From Candidatus Saccharimonadota bacterium (GTDB lineage Bacteria; Patescibacteriota; Saccharimonadia; CAILAD01; BJGX01), in the NCBI GenBank assembly GCA_016191105.1, contig JACPPH010000004.1:1230-65229 (forward strand): DNA of 64,000 bases, read 5' to 3'. Made by a program: the position numbers and the translations under genes. The notes under the pieces were generated by a model. It did not search any database and was not told where the DNA came from. It saw only the letters and a list, made by a program, of their open reading frames with translations. This document shows, piece after piece, positions 1-8,262 of the stretch. Numbering within the stretch: position 1 is the first letter of the stretch; every line of letters begins with the position of its first letter.

Positions 1-349
1 CACGCCCTCGCCAGTGAGCTTAATGCCGTCATATTTGCCGGGGTTGTGGCTGGCTGTAACCATTGCCCCGCCGGCCAAGCCAAGGCTACCGACCGCATAG
101 TACATCATGTCGCTGGTGATTAAGCCCAAACTTATAACCTCTCGATCTTGCTTAACCAGCCCAGAAATAATAGCCTCTGCCAAAGCTCTAGAGTCGGCGC
201 GCATGTCCCAGCCCACTGCTACCACGCCACCGGGCAAGTGATCGGCCAGCGCTCGACCAATGGCATAGGCCACCGGCGGATTCAGCTCTTGCGGGCTCAA
301 GCCACGAATGTCGTAGGCCTTAAATATGTTTGGATTAAATTTCACAAGT

Positions 350-1102
350 CTATTCTACCCCATAGTTTTTATTGATGTCGTCAGCTATAACCTTACTTCG
401 GTTTCCGGCAAGTTTTTTGCCATAGGCATAATACAAAAAAGACTCAGCGTAATCTTCCTGGGGAGCACTGTCGCCATACCTGGTGGGTGCTTCGCCCTCA
501 AAAGTTGGGGTGGAACTGTGTCCATGCACTCTTTCATCTAAAATATGGCCAACTTCATGTACCAGATTGGTTTCTGCGACCAAGCTAGCACCACTCTCCC
601 CAGATAAGCGGGTCCAGTCACCAGGGTTGAGAAAACCAAGCTCAACTGTAGTTGTCTCTGCATCTTGCACCGAAAGTAAGCCTTTTTGTCGGTCAACAAT
701 AACGGCATTTTGTTTGCCAAGAGCCAGTCCGCCACCCTCGATTACTCCATCGGCGACATATACCTTCAACCCAGGCATGGCTTTATCGAGCGAGGTGCCA
801 AAAACCGCCTCTAATCGGCTGGTGGCATTTTGAACAGCCTCTAAGAGCTGGGGTGGTGCTTGTTCGGATCCACACAAGATTACTTCTGCCGCATCGCTAC
901 CTTCTCCTTGTTTGATCAGGGTAGTCTGCTGGTCGGGTGGATAGAGCGATTCCAGTTTGGTCAGGACGGCTCGTTCCTCTGCGGATTTCTGTAGCTCGTT
1001 CTTGAGTTGATGTGCTCCCTCGGGAGCTCCATTGGCGGGTTCTATGTTGTGTACTGTCTCGGCCATCGTATCTCCTAGTAAAACAAATTCTTGCGTAGCC
1101 AC
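350..1102 (-). CDS. Putative zinc metalloprotease-like protein (HEXXH motif HEVGH)
   Basis: 250-aa ORF with an HEVGH zinc-binding motif. No other family signature recognised. Confidence 0.45.
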   Translation of the reverse strand: MATQEFVLLGDTMAETVHNIEPANGAPEGAHQLKNELQKSAEERAVLTKLESLYPPDQQTTLIKQGEGSDAAEVILCGSEQAPPQLLEAVQNATSRLEAVFGTSLDKAMPGLKVYVADGVIEGGGLALGKQNAVIVDRQKGLLSVQDAETTTVELGFLNPGDWTRLSGESGASLVAETNLVHEVGHILDERVHGHSSTPTFEGEAPTRYGDSAPQEDYAESFLYYAYGKKLAGNRSKVIADDINKNYGVE

Positions 1103-2127
1103 ACTTCGCGCTTTACCGCCAAACGCTCACCAAATTTTTGCCAGCGGGCGTACTTACTGGCATTTAGTGGCCAGTCGTACACGCCTACGTACTCGGTAAC
1201 TTCGGCGTTAAAGCCTTGTTTAAAACGCACTAGCCCGGCTAATGGGTGGCTATCATCTTCGAGCTTATTGCGCGGCGGCATGCCGTGCAGGTCGTACTTA
1301 GTTACACCGTGCCCTTTTAGCCACTTCATAACCTCCCACTGGGCCAAGTAAGGTGCCATGAGGTTGCTGTGAGTGCGGGTGGAGCCACCGTCTTTGTAGA
1401 GCGCACGAGTGCCTAGCCAGGTGGCAAAGACACCGCTTAAGATCTCGTCGCCCATGTAAGCAAAGAACATTTGCCCCTGCCCTGCCCTGCTGTAGAGCTT
1501 CCAAAATGTACTCATGTAATTCCAGCTACGCATATGAAAACCATTGCGCTTTTGGGTTTCCAGCAACAGACCATACATGGTGCGCATGTTGGCCTCGGTT
1601 AGTTCCATTGGTCTTACTACCACCCCTTTGCGGGCCGAGAGGCGAATGTTGTAGCGGTGTTTTTGCTTGAAGCTCTGCAGAATTTCGTCTTCGCTCGGCG
1701 AGAGATCGACCACAATGGTGGATTTATTCCATTGCAGATCGAACCTAGCCTTGGCTAGACCCAAGTCAGTTAAATCGGTTAATAGAGTTTTGTCGAGCAT
1801 TAGCTCGGGCTCGAATTTAACCAAGAAGGCATTCTTGAGCTCATCTTTGAGCCCACTCATTATGTCTTTGAGTTGGGCGGGGGAGCTAATGGCAGGACCT
1901 TTGGGGCAATACCAGATTTCGCCAAAATGGGGGAGGTTGCGAACCAAAAACAGCATGGCAATTTGGCGGCTGCCATCTTCATATACCAAATGTTTGGGTT
2001 GCCAGCCGAAACGGGACTTAAACTCGCCATACACCTTAGCTTGCAAGGGCTCGTCGTGCAGCGGATTGGTGGCTAGCAGTGCATCCCAATTGGCGAGTTC
2101 AGCATCTGTGGCAGTGCGAATGCTCAT
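1075..2127 (-). CDS. FemAB-family peptidoglycan interpeptide-bridge peptidyltransferase
   Basis: 350-aa ORF with a FemAB-like architecture (lipid II aminoacyl-tRNA transferase family). It sits in tandem with a paralog. Confidence 0.65.
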   Translation of the reverse strand: MSIRTATDAELANWDALLATNPLHDEPLQAKVYGEFKSRFGWQPKHLVYEDGSRQIAMLFLVRNLPHFGEIWYCPKGPAISSPAQLKDIMSGLKDELKNAFLVKFEPELMLDKTLLTDLTDLGLAKARFDLQWNKSTIVVDLSPSEDEILQSFKQKHRYNIRLSARKGVVVRPMELTEANMRTMYGLLLETQKRNGFHMRSWNYMSTFWKLYSRAGQGQMFFAYMGDEILSGVFATWLGTRALYKDGGSTRTHSNLMAPYLAQWEVMKWLKGHGVTKYDLHGMPPRNKLEDDSHPLAGLVRFKQGFNAEVTEYVGVYDWPLNASKYARWQKFGERLAVKREVWLRKNLFY

Positions 2128-3098
2128 TAGCCCTTACCTAGTTTTTTAGCAATTCCATACAATTTGTATTTACCTTTTGAGATCGGCATATCCCAAGTGC
2201 CAGCACCTTTTACAATCTCGCCACCGAATCTGGCTTTGAACTTGGTGTGCCCTATCCAAGGATGATCCTCCCAATCGAGCGGCACCACGCCGCCATAGTC
2301 AAAAGCTCGCAGGCCATGCTTCTTGGCGTCTTCGACCGACCACCATAGCAAAGCAGGCCCGGCGTGAACTTTGCGGTTGAGATAATCGTTGGTTGCGGCG
2401 TAAACGTAGTAGCGGGTACCATTCCAGTCAATGCAGATTGAGCTAGCCACATAATCTGAGTCGGTGCGGGCAAAGTAGAGCTTGCAAGCGCCAAGGGGCA
2501 TAAGGGTATTTAGCAGAGCTTCGTAGTAGCTATCGGGGTGCATGGTTATGCCTTGGCGTTTGGCGGTGATGGCTTGTTGAGCCAAAAACTTGGGTAAATC
2601 AGCTGGGTTGTTGCTAATCTCGAGTCGCAATCCCCGCTTGGGCGCGGTGTTTACATAGTTGCGATGACTGCTGCTTACGTTGCGCCAGAGTTCATCGCGC
2701 TCGGGGGTGAGATCCAAAATCATGCGGTAGCGTGGCTGCATTTCTTTGACTTCGGTTAGGCCAGCTTGTTTTAGGCTGGTTTCTGGCATATCTAAGATTG
2801 GATCCATGCGCACAAAGGCTACTTTGGCTTGTTCGGCTGCTTGTTTAACCGACTCAAGCGAGGCTTTAAAAGCCGCCTCGTCTTTTAAGGTTGGCCCATA
2901 CGACAGATACAAATAATTTAACTTGGCTGCGCTAGTGCGAACAGCGCCCAGCCAGCTCCAGCCATGGCCAAAGTCTTGCAGAGTATGTCGGCCCTGAGCT
3001 TGCTGAAACTTTTTCCACAAACTGGATTGGTAAAGGTGACCGCCGAGCTGTTTGAGCTGTTCGTCCCACTGTTTATCATCAACTTCGTGCATGAGCAT
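2127..3098 (-). CDS. FemAB-family peptidyltransferase (second tandem paralog)
   Basis: 323-aa ORF similar in pattern to the upstream Fem-like ORF. Its stop is coupled to the start of the neighbouring gene. Confidence 0.65.
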   Translation of the reverse strand: MLMHEVDDKQWDEQLKQLGGHLYQSSLWKKFQQAQGRHTLQDFGHGWSWLGAVRTSAAKLNYLYLSYGPTLKDEAAFKASLESVKQAAEQAKVAFVRMDPILDMPETSLKQAGLTEVKEMQPRYRMILDLTPERDELWRNVSSSHRNYVNTAPKRGLRLEISNNPADLPKFLAQQAITAKRQGITMHPDSYYEALLNTLMPLGACKLYFARTDSDYVASSICIDWNGTRYYVYAATNDYLNRKVHAGPALLWWSVEDAKKHGLRAFDYGGVVPLDWEDHPWIGHTKFKARFGGEIVKGAGTWDMPISKGKYKLYGIAKKLGKG

Positions 3099-3130
3099 AT
3101 TGTAACAGTTTGAATCATCACTATTCTACT

Positions 3131-3159
3131 TGACTAAAGGAGTGTTTTATTGTAATATC
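3131..3159 (+). promoter_or_regulatory. Sigma70-like promoter (TTGACT-N17-TAATAT)
   Basis: Near-consensus -35 and -10 hexamers with 17-nt spacing, about 70 nt upstream of the ATG at 3231. An RBS GGGAGG lies before the start. Confidence 0.45.
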
Positions 3160-3230
3160 TACCAAGTTCGCTAGTCCCAAACTCTTAAGGGACTGGCAAC
3201 AGCTCCTTACTATTTGACCGGGAGGTCATT

Positions 3231-3602
3231 ATGCTAGATAGTGTTGCAAAGGCAGCGAGGGCACTCGCAGCTTGGCGAGCAGTCGAATCAGATGCTGTCG
3301 AAGACATGGATGCCGCAGTAAAGAAGGCCTCGATTGCTACGGCTCATGAAATGTTCCTTCGGGAAGTCTACGCCATTGCCTTCGATTTGGTTCCGAAGAT
3401 TCTGGATCACGGTGAGATTGCCGTGGTGAGCGAAGTTCACTACAGCGCCGTTGCGGGGGGCGGTGGGTTCATCGTTCAAAATATGAACTTCGACCACCAG
3501 AGCCTCGGTGTTCTATTGATGCCAAACCAAGTTTCGATCGAGAACTGGCTTCAGCTCATGATCGATCTGCCCGAGATCCTCGAGACCTTGGGTGTCAAGT
3601 AG
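3231..3602 (+). CDS. Hypothetical protein (first gene of a GC-rich two-gene operon)
   Basis: 123-aa ORF with RBS gggagg 6 nt upstream. GC is higher than the flanking genes. No recognisable domain. Confidence 0.5.
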   Translation: MLDSVAKAARALAAWRAVESDAVEDMDAAVKKASIATAHEMFLREVYAIAFDLVPKILDHGEIAVVSEVHYSAVAGGGGFIVQNMNFDHQSLGVLLMPNQVSIENWLQLMIDLPEILETLGVK

Positions 3603-3640
3603 TTCCAAACAACGATCCGACCCAAAAGGAGGTCACAGCA

Positions 3641-4114
3641 ATGCCCCACTCATTCGTTCTTGCCAGCCCGGCTGCGCAAGACACGCTCATTGACGCCCTA
3701 GACGCAGATAACGCAGAAGAGCAATTTCTCTACATGACTGCACTGGGCGTTGCAGACGTCTTCAATCGGATTGTCGACGAAAAGCTCGTGCCCGGTGAGA
3801 CATCACTTGCGCACATTGTAGTTCGCCGCCGCTCCATGCCAGCAGACCTCGTGGTGATCACTGAGGCCGACTGGACCGAAGATCGAGTTGACTATTTCGA
3901 CGAGCTTCAAGAGGGTCTGCACGACGAGCTACGTGACACATTCGCAATCTGGGATGAGTCACCGCTCAAACTCGAATCCCACCTCGTCATTGTTGGCATG
4001 CCTCCGCAAGCAGGACCTCACGGCGTCTTGCCGCGCCTGCCCGACAAAGACAGCACGCTCACGGTTCCCGAGACAGCTCGACTCGAACACTGGCGCGGGC
4101 TCTCGGGTCCGTAG
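3641..4114 (+). CDS. Hypothetical acidic protein (second gene of the GC-rich operon)
   Basis: 157-aa ORF with a strong RBS aaaggagg 7 nt upstream. A hairpin follows the stop (about 4140-4170). Confidence 0.5.
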   Translation: MPHSFVLASPAAQDTLIDALDADNAEEQFLYMTALGVADVFNRIVDEKLVPGETSLAHIVVRRRSMPADLVVITEADWTEDRVDYFDELQEGLHDELRDTFAIWDESPLKLESHLVIVGMPPQAGPHGVLPRLPDKDSTLTVPETARLEHWRGLSGP

Positions 4115-4204
4115 TCAGAAGAGGTGCAGTAGTAAGGAGCACCCGACTCGACCCTCGTGGCCGGGTCGGAGTGACTCCCAAGCTTATAATTCGCTTGTAA
4201 GTTT

Positions 4205-4460
4205 AGGAGTTTACTGAACTCCGGCATTAAAGCAATCAGCAGCACCGGCTGGTCTAAACGCTTCTGTTTCGAGCACGAGCGCCGTCTTTGCACAGAACAG
4301 AAAGTGTAGACTAGTTGGTGTTAGCTAGATTGTGTCCATGCCGGACGGTTTTGCTACCTTTTGCCAAGACAAAAGGTAGTCGTGCACCGAAGGTGTATGA
4401 AAACAGATTCTTCGACTTTCTGCTGAGCAGGATCGCTCAGAATGACAGCAGCTATGGATT
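4205..4460 (+). repeat. Intergenic modular repeat, copy A (partial)
   Basis: Its 5' motif ctccggcattaaagcaatcagca is shared with copy B. Hairpin module X (aacgcttctgtttcgagcacgagcgccgtctttgcacagaacagaaag) is shared with copies B and C. Confidence 0.7.
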
Positions 4461-4463
4461 CGA

Positions 4464-5177
4464 CTAAAACAGATCCTTGGTGTATTCTACCGATCGTTCT
4501 ACAAACACATCTTTGGCGTTTACAATGTCAATCTCAATATCGAAACTCGTGAACACCTTGGGCTGCTTGAGCGCATCGGCCCTAGTCATCCATTTGTTGC
4601 GACCACCCTCGAACTTGGTGAGTAATTTACCCGCAGTTTTGGTGCAGCGCACCACAAAGAATATTTTGTCTTCGAGCTGATCGCCGGTTTCTTGCTGATA
4701 AACCAGTTCGTGGTAGACCCCCGAAATTTTATGATCGGCCGTTAGGCCTGTTTCTTCCATAAGCTCCCGGGCGGCGCATTGCACGATCGTTTCGCCCCAG
4801 CGGATTTTGCCAGTTGGCAGACCCCAGAATCCAAAGTAAGGGTGTTTAAGCCGTTCTTGAAACAAGTACTCTTTTTGACCTTTACTGTTCTTACGCTCAG
4901 CGCACAGAATTACCGCCACCTTGGGCTGACGCTCAATGGTGTTGTTGTCGGTATCGAGTTTGTTGGCGTGCTCTTTGCCGCGGGGTGTGAGCGCGTAGGT
5001 GCCGCGAGCCACCTTCTCGACCAATCCCAGCTCCACCAGCTTTTGAATGTGAAAGTTAAAGTGGTCACTACTCATGCCGGTGCTTTTTTGTAGCTTGGCA
5101 AAGTTGGCTTTCGGGTGAAACAGCAACTCACGCAATATCGAAGTCTGAGCGTCATGGATCTTTACTTCATGACTCAT
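4464..5177 (-). CDS. Winged-helix DNA-binding domain fused to a Nudix hydrolase domain
   Basis: The N-terminus is HTH-like (ILRELLFHPKANFAKLQKSTGMSSDHFNFHIQKLVELGLV). The C-terminus has a Nudix box GKIRWGETIVQCAARELMEETGL. Confidence 0.7.
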   Translation of the reverse strand: MSHEVKIHDAQTSILRELLFHPKANFAKLQKSTGMSSDHFNFHIQKLVELGLVEKVARGTYALTPRGKEHANKLDTDNNTIERQPKVAVILCAERKNSKGQKEYLFQERLKHPYFGFWGLPTGKIRWGETIVQCAARELMEETGLTADHKISGVYHELVYQQETGDQLEDKIFFVVRCTKTAGKLLTKFEGGRNKWMTRADALKQPKVFTSFDIEIDIVNAKDVFVERSVEYTKDLF

Positions 5178-5389
5178 TAGTTGTCCCCTTTCTCTTATAG
5201 TTCGCGCTTGTCACCTTATTGTCTAAAACGACGAAACGCGCGCTTATCTTAAGAGAGCTCTCACCTTGCACTATAGACTGAGCTAAAAGATAAAAAAAGT
5301 AAAGTCGACTTCAGGTTTGCTTGAACTTTGTTCACATCTGGAGTAAAGTAACGGCGATCCCATTCAGCTAGACCCCTAGGAGGTTCGGG

Positions 5390-5776
5390 ATGTTCCGAAA
5401 AGTAGCCGGCGAGAAAGTCTGGAGGCAAACCAGCTTCTGCGGTCTTGGGCACGACCTGCTCCAGGGCGGTGCTCTGATTGCCCATCGAACCACGATCGGC
5501 AAGTGCCTGAAAGTGGGCTTCGGGGTGGTGGTCGTCCACGATGCCGAGATCGGTGACAATGTCACCTTGGAAATCATGTCCCATGTGGGGCAAGGCTCCA
5601 AGATCGGCAGCAACACCACAGTGAAGTACGAAGCTCGCATCGGCGACAACTGCATCATCGGTGAGCGTTGTCTGATCGGCCGTCGTAGCATCGTTGCCGA
5701 TGGATCGGCGGTGCCCAATGGCACCGTCGTGGAAGACAACACCTGGTTCGCGCCGACGTTCGCACAAGCCGGTTGA
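5390..5776 (+). CDS. Hexapeptide-repeat (left-handed beta-helix) acyltransferase/gamma-carbonic-anhydrase-like protein, short
   Basis: Repeated [LIV]GxxxxI hexapeptide pattern (IGDNVTL, IGSNTTV, IGDNCIIGERCLIGRRSIV). Strong RBS aggagg 7 nt upstream. GC-rich. Only 128 aa, so it may be truncated. Confidence 0.55.
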   Translation: MFRKVAGEKVWRQTSFCGLGHDLLQGGALIAHRTTIGKCLKVGFGVVVVHDAEIGDNVTLEIMSHVGQGSKIGSNTTVKYEARIGDNCIIGERCLIGRRSIVADGSAVPNGTVVEDNTWFAPTFAQAG

Positions 5777-5792
5777 CGGCGGGTCAGCTGAC

Positions 5793-5831
5793 GGGAGTAG
5801 GGCCGCAATGCGGCTCTGCTCCCTTCGCTTT
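5793..5831 (+). terminator. Rho-independent terminator
   Basis: GC-rich hairpin gggagtagggccgcaatgcggctctgctccc followed by ttcgcttttt. Confidence 0.5.
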
Positions 5832-5864
5832 TTAGTAGATAATTAATCCTATATACTTTTATGC

Positions 5865-6965
5865 ATGAATATTCTAGCGATCGAAACTAGTTGCGATGAA
5901 ACAGCTGCTGCCGTAGTTCAGGATGGCAGCAAGGTTTTGAGTAGTGTGGTGAATTCGCAGGTCGAAATTCATGCGGCTTATGGTGGTGTGGTGCCCGAGG
6001 TGGCAGCTCGCAGTCACATCGAAGTCATCTTACCGGTGATCGAACAAGCCCTGAGCGACGCCAAAGCAACTTGGGACGACATCGATGCCATTGCCGTAAC
6101 TCGTGGCCCGGGTTTGATCGGCTCACTCTTGATCGGTGTTCTTACTGCCAAAACCTTGGCGTTTGCGAAGAACAAACCACTTATTGGGGTGAATCACATT
6201 TGGGCTCATGCTTTTGCAGCCTTCTTGACCCCCACTCCCCCAGCCTTCCCTTTCTTGGCGTTGACCGTTTCGGGCGGCCACACTACCCTTTCGCTGTATC
6301 GCGAAGACTTAACTCGAGAGGTCTTGGGCCAAACGCTCGACGATGCCGCTGGCGAGGCCTTCGACAAAGTTGCCAAGCTGATTGGCCTGCCCTATCCTGG
6401 CGGGCCTCACATATCCAAGGCAGCAGAGAATGGTGACGAGAATAAATATAAGTTTCCGATAGCCAAAACTCCAGGCAAATATGACTTTAGCTTTTCGGGT
6501 TTAAAGACCGCGGTATTACGACAAGTGCAAGAGATTACCGGCGTTAACCCAGGTAACTCTAGGTCTGTCATTCTGAACTCGAGTGAAGAATCTCAGAGAT
6601 CCTTCGGCAGGCCTCAGGATGACAATAAAGGCAAGCTCACTAAAACCTATACCCTAGACAAACAAGTCCAAGCCGATATTGCGGCTAGCTTTCAAAAAGC
6701 TGCTGTGCAGGCCTTGGTGCAAAAAACTTTGAGTGTCTATACCGTGACCCAGCCAGCCAGCATGGTGGTGGGCGGCGGTGTGGCCGCCAACAAATATTTG
6801 CGCACCAAACTCACACAGAGCCTACCTAACGCGCTTTTTTTGCCGTTTGAGTTGTGTACCGACAACGCGGCTATGATTGGCGCTATGGCCGCCAAAATGG
6901 CCGAGCACAAGCGTTACAGTTCGATCGACGAACTAACAGCCGATTCGAGTTTAGAAGAACTCTAG
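5865..6965 (+). CDS. tsaD: tRNA N6-adenosine threonylcarbamoyltransferase TsaD (Kae1/Gcp family)
   Basis: N-terminal MNILAIETSCDETAAAV, plus GPGLIGSLLIG and VSGGH motifs. Contains a roughly 40-aa hydrophilic insertion relative to typical TsaD. Confidence 0.85.
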   Translation: MNILAIETSCDETAAAVVQDGSKVLSSVVNSQVEIHAAYGGVVPEVAARSHIEVILPVIEQALSDAKATWDDIDAIAVTRGPGLIGSLLIGVLTAKTLAFAKNKPLIGVNHIWAHAFAAFLTPTPPAFPFLALTVSGGHTTLSLYREDLTREVLGQTLDDAAGEAFDKVAKLIGLPYPGGPHISKAAENGDENKYKFPIAKTPGKYDFSFSGLKTAVLRQVQEITGVNPGNSRSVILNSSEESQRSFGRPQDDNKGKLTKTYTLDKQVQADIAASFQKAAVQALVQKTLSVYTVTQPASMVVGGGVAANKYLRTKLTQSLPNALFLPFELCTDNAAMIGAMAAKMAEHKRYSSIDELTADSSLEEL

Positions 6966-6974
6966 GCGGCTACT

Positions 6975-7375
6975 TCTCCGGCATTAAAGCAATCAGCAAG
7001 TGAAAATAGTTTTAACGCTCAGTGTTCGAGGACTGTTTGATCCGCATGCCAGCGGAGAGTTCCGCAGCTTCAGCTTGAGAGCAAGCAGGCTGCCACCGGT
7101 TGTGAGCCTATGCCAGAAGCTTTGGCAACTTTCCGCTACAAAGAAGGCCAGTGCGGACAGCACAAGATTCAGCTTTCGGCCGAATGGCCGACTTACTTTT
7201 TAGCAGTAAAAAGTTAAGCAAAAACTGCCGACATGGGCTCAAATGCTGGAAACGCCAACGGCGGCTTCATTTTCTGTTCTGCCGCAGAGACGGCGCTCGT
7301 GCTCGAACAGAAGCGTTCAGCCTTGTTGACTTTCTGATTTTCGAATGTCGGAGAAAGGAAAAGCAAATTATTTAC
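6975..7375 (+). repeat. Intergenic modular repeat, copy B (full length, about 400 bp)
   Basis: Contains the head motif, core module Y (caaagaag...agattcagctttcggccgaa) and hairpin module X. Its 3' half is the reverse complement of the 5' part of copy C. Confidence 0.75.
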
Positions 7376-8150
7376 TAACGACTTGGCGGAGGCCATCAAT
7401 GCGCTTTTGCACTTCGGCCTTCTTGGCGTTGTGAGTGTCGATCTCTTTTTGCAGGCTCTGGATCTGTGTGGTCTTGTCGGCAATCTGCTCGTCGAGGCGC
7501 TTGCTCTCGCCCTCGAGCTTCTCGATCATCTGGCCCACGTTTTTGTCGACGTCTTCGACAACCTCTTCACTGCCCTCTTCTTCTGTGCTGGCCGGTTCGG
7601 TGTCAGTACTGTCCTCGTCGTCGGTTACGGTTAGGCCGTTGTCGTCTGGCTGTTCGTCGGTAGTTGCCTCGTCGCTGGCGGGTTCGGGAGAACCAATCGT
7701 TGCAGCTGGCTTGTCATCCACCTTGTCGGCTGGGCTGACTGGCATTTCGGTGGTATCGGCCTCTTCGGCTTGTACTTTATCGTCGCTGGCAGCTGGGTTA
7801 ACATCGTCGTCGCTGGCTTCGGGTACTGGAGTGGTATCATCACCCATCATCTTGGCGGCAGCGGCATCGTCGCTATTGCTGGCAGCGGCATTGGCCTCCG
7901 ACGGCTTGTATTGGGGTTCAAAAACCTGACCCATTTGTGGTGCATTGGTGCCAGCATCATCGGTTTTGATGTGTGAGATTGCCGGCGCTGGTGCGGCCGA
8001 TTGTAGTGGTACCGTGTTGGCGGCCGGATGTGGTGTAGCGCCAACTACGGCCGGGATGTCATCGGCTATCGTGGGTGTGCCATCATCAACCATCGGTGCA
8101 CGTTGATCCCACTGATCATCTATTTCGAGCGGACTATAAATATCTTTCAT
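7368..8150 (-). CDS. Acidic low-complexity protein with C-terminal coiled coil
   Basis: D/E/T/P-rich body and a C-terminal heptad-like region (QIQSLQKEIDTHNAKKAEVQKRIDGL). The ORF continues to 8225, but an RBS gggagattgg supports the ATG at 8150 (MKDIYSPLEI). Confidence 0.45.
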   Translation of the reverse strand: MKDIYSPLEIDDQWDQRAPMVDDGTPTIADDIPAVVGATPHPAANTVPLQSAAPAPAISHIKTDDAGTNAPQMGQVFEPQYKPSEANAAASNSDDAAAAKMMGDDTTPVPEASDDDVNPAASDDKVQAEEADTTEMPVSPADKVDDKPAATIGSPEPASDEATTDEQPDDNGLTVTDDEDSTDTEPASTEEEGSEEVVEDVDKNVGQMIEKLEGESKRLDEQIADKTTQIQSLQKEIDTHNAKKAEVQKRIDGLRQVVSK

Positions 8151-8225
8151 TGCGACTCCAATCTCCCCCATACTGTCGTACCTCTTTTGCTTATTGTAAA
8201 GATACCAAGGCCAACTGTCAAACAT

Positions 8226-8254
8226 TCTTATGCTTGGAATTTAACCTGAAAATG
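8226..8254 (+). promoter_or_regulatory. Candidate extended -10 promoter for valS
   Basis: ttggaa-N16-TGgTACAAT immediately upstream of the valS start. Confidence 0.3.
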
Positions 8255-8262
8255 GTACAATT

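Noticed and set aside
5261-5808. Two minus-strand ORFs (168 and 146 aa) overlapping the hexapeptide-repeat gene
   Set aside because: Their translations are R/P/S-rich with no RBS. They are shadow frames in a GC-rich gene. The plus-strand ORF has a clear hexapeptide pattern and an AGGAGG RBS.
7383-7976. Plus-strand ORFs (83, 164, 65, 68 aa) inside the acidic-protein gene
   Set aside because: Their S/L/A-rich translations are antisense to a D/E-rich gene. They are compositional artefacts.
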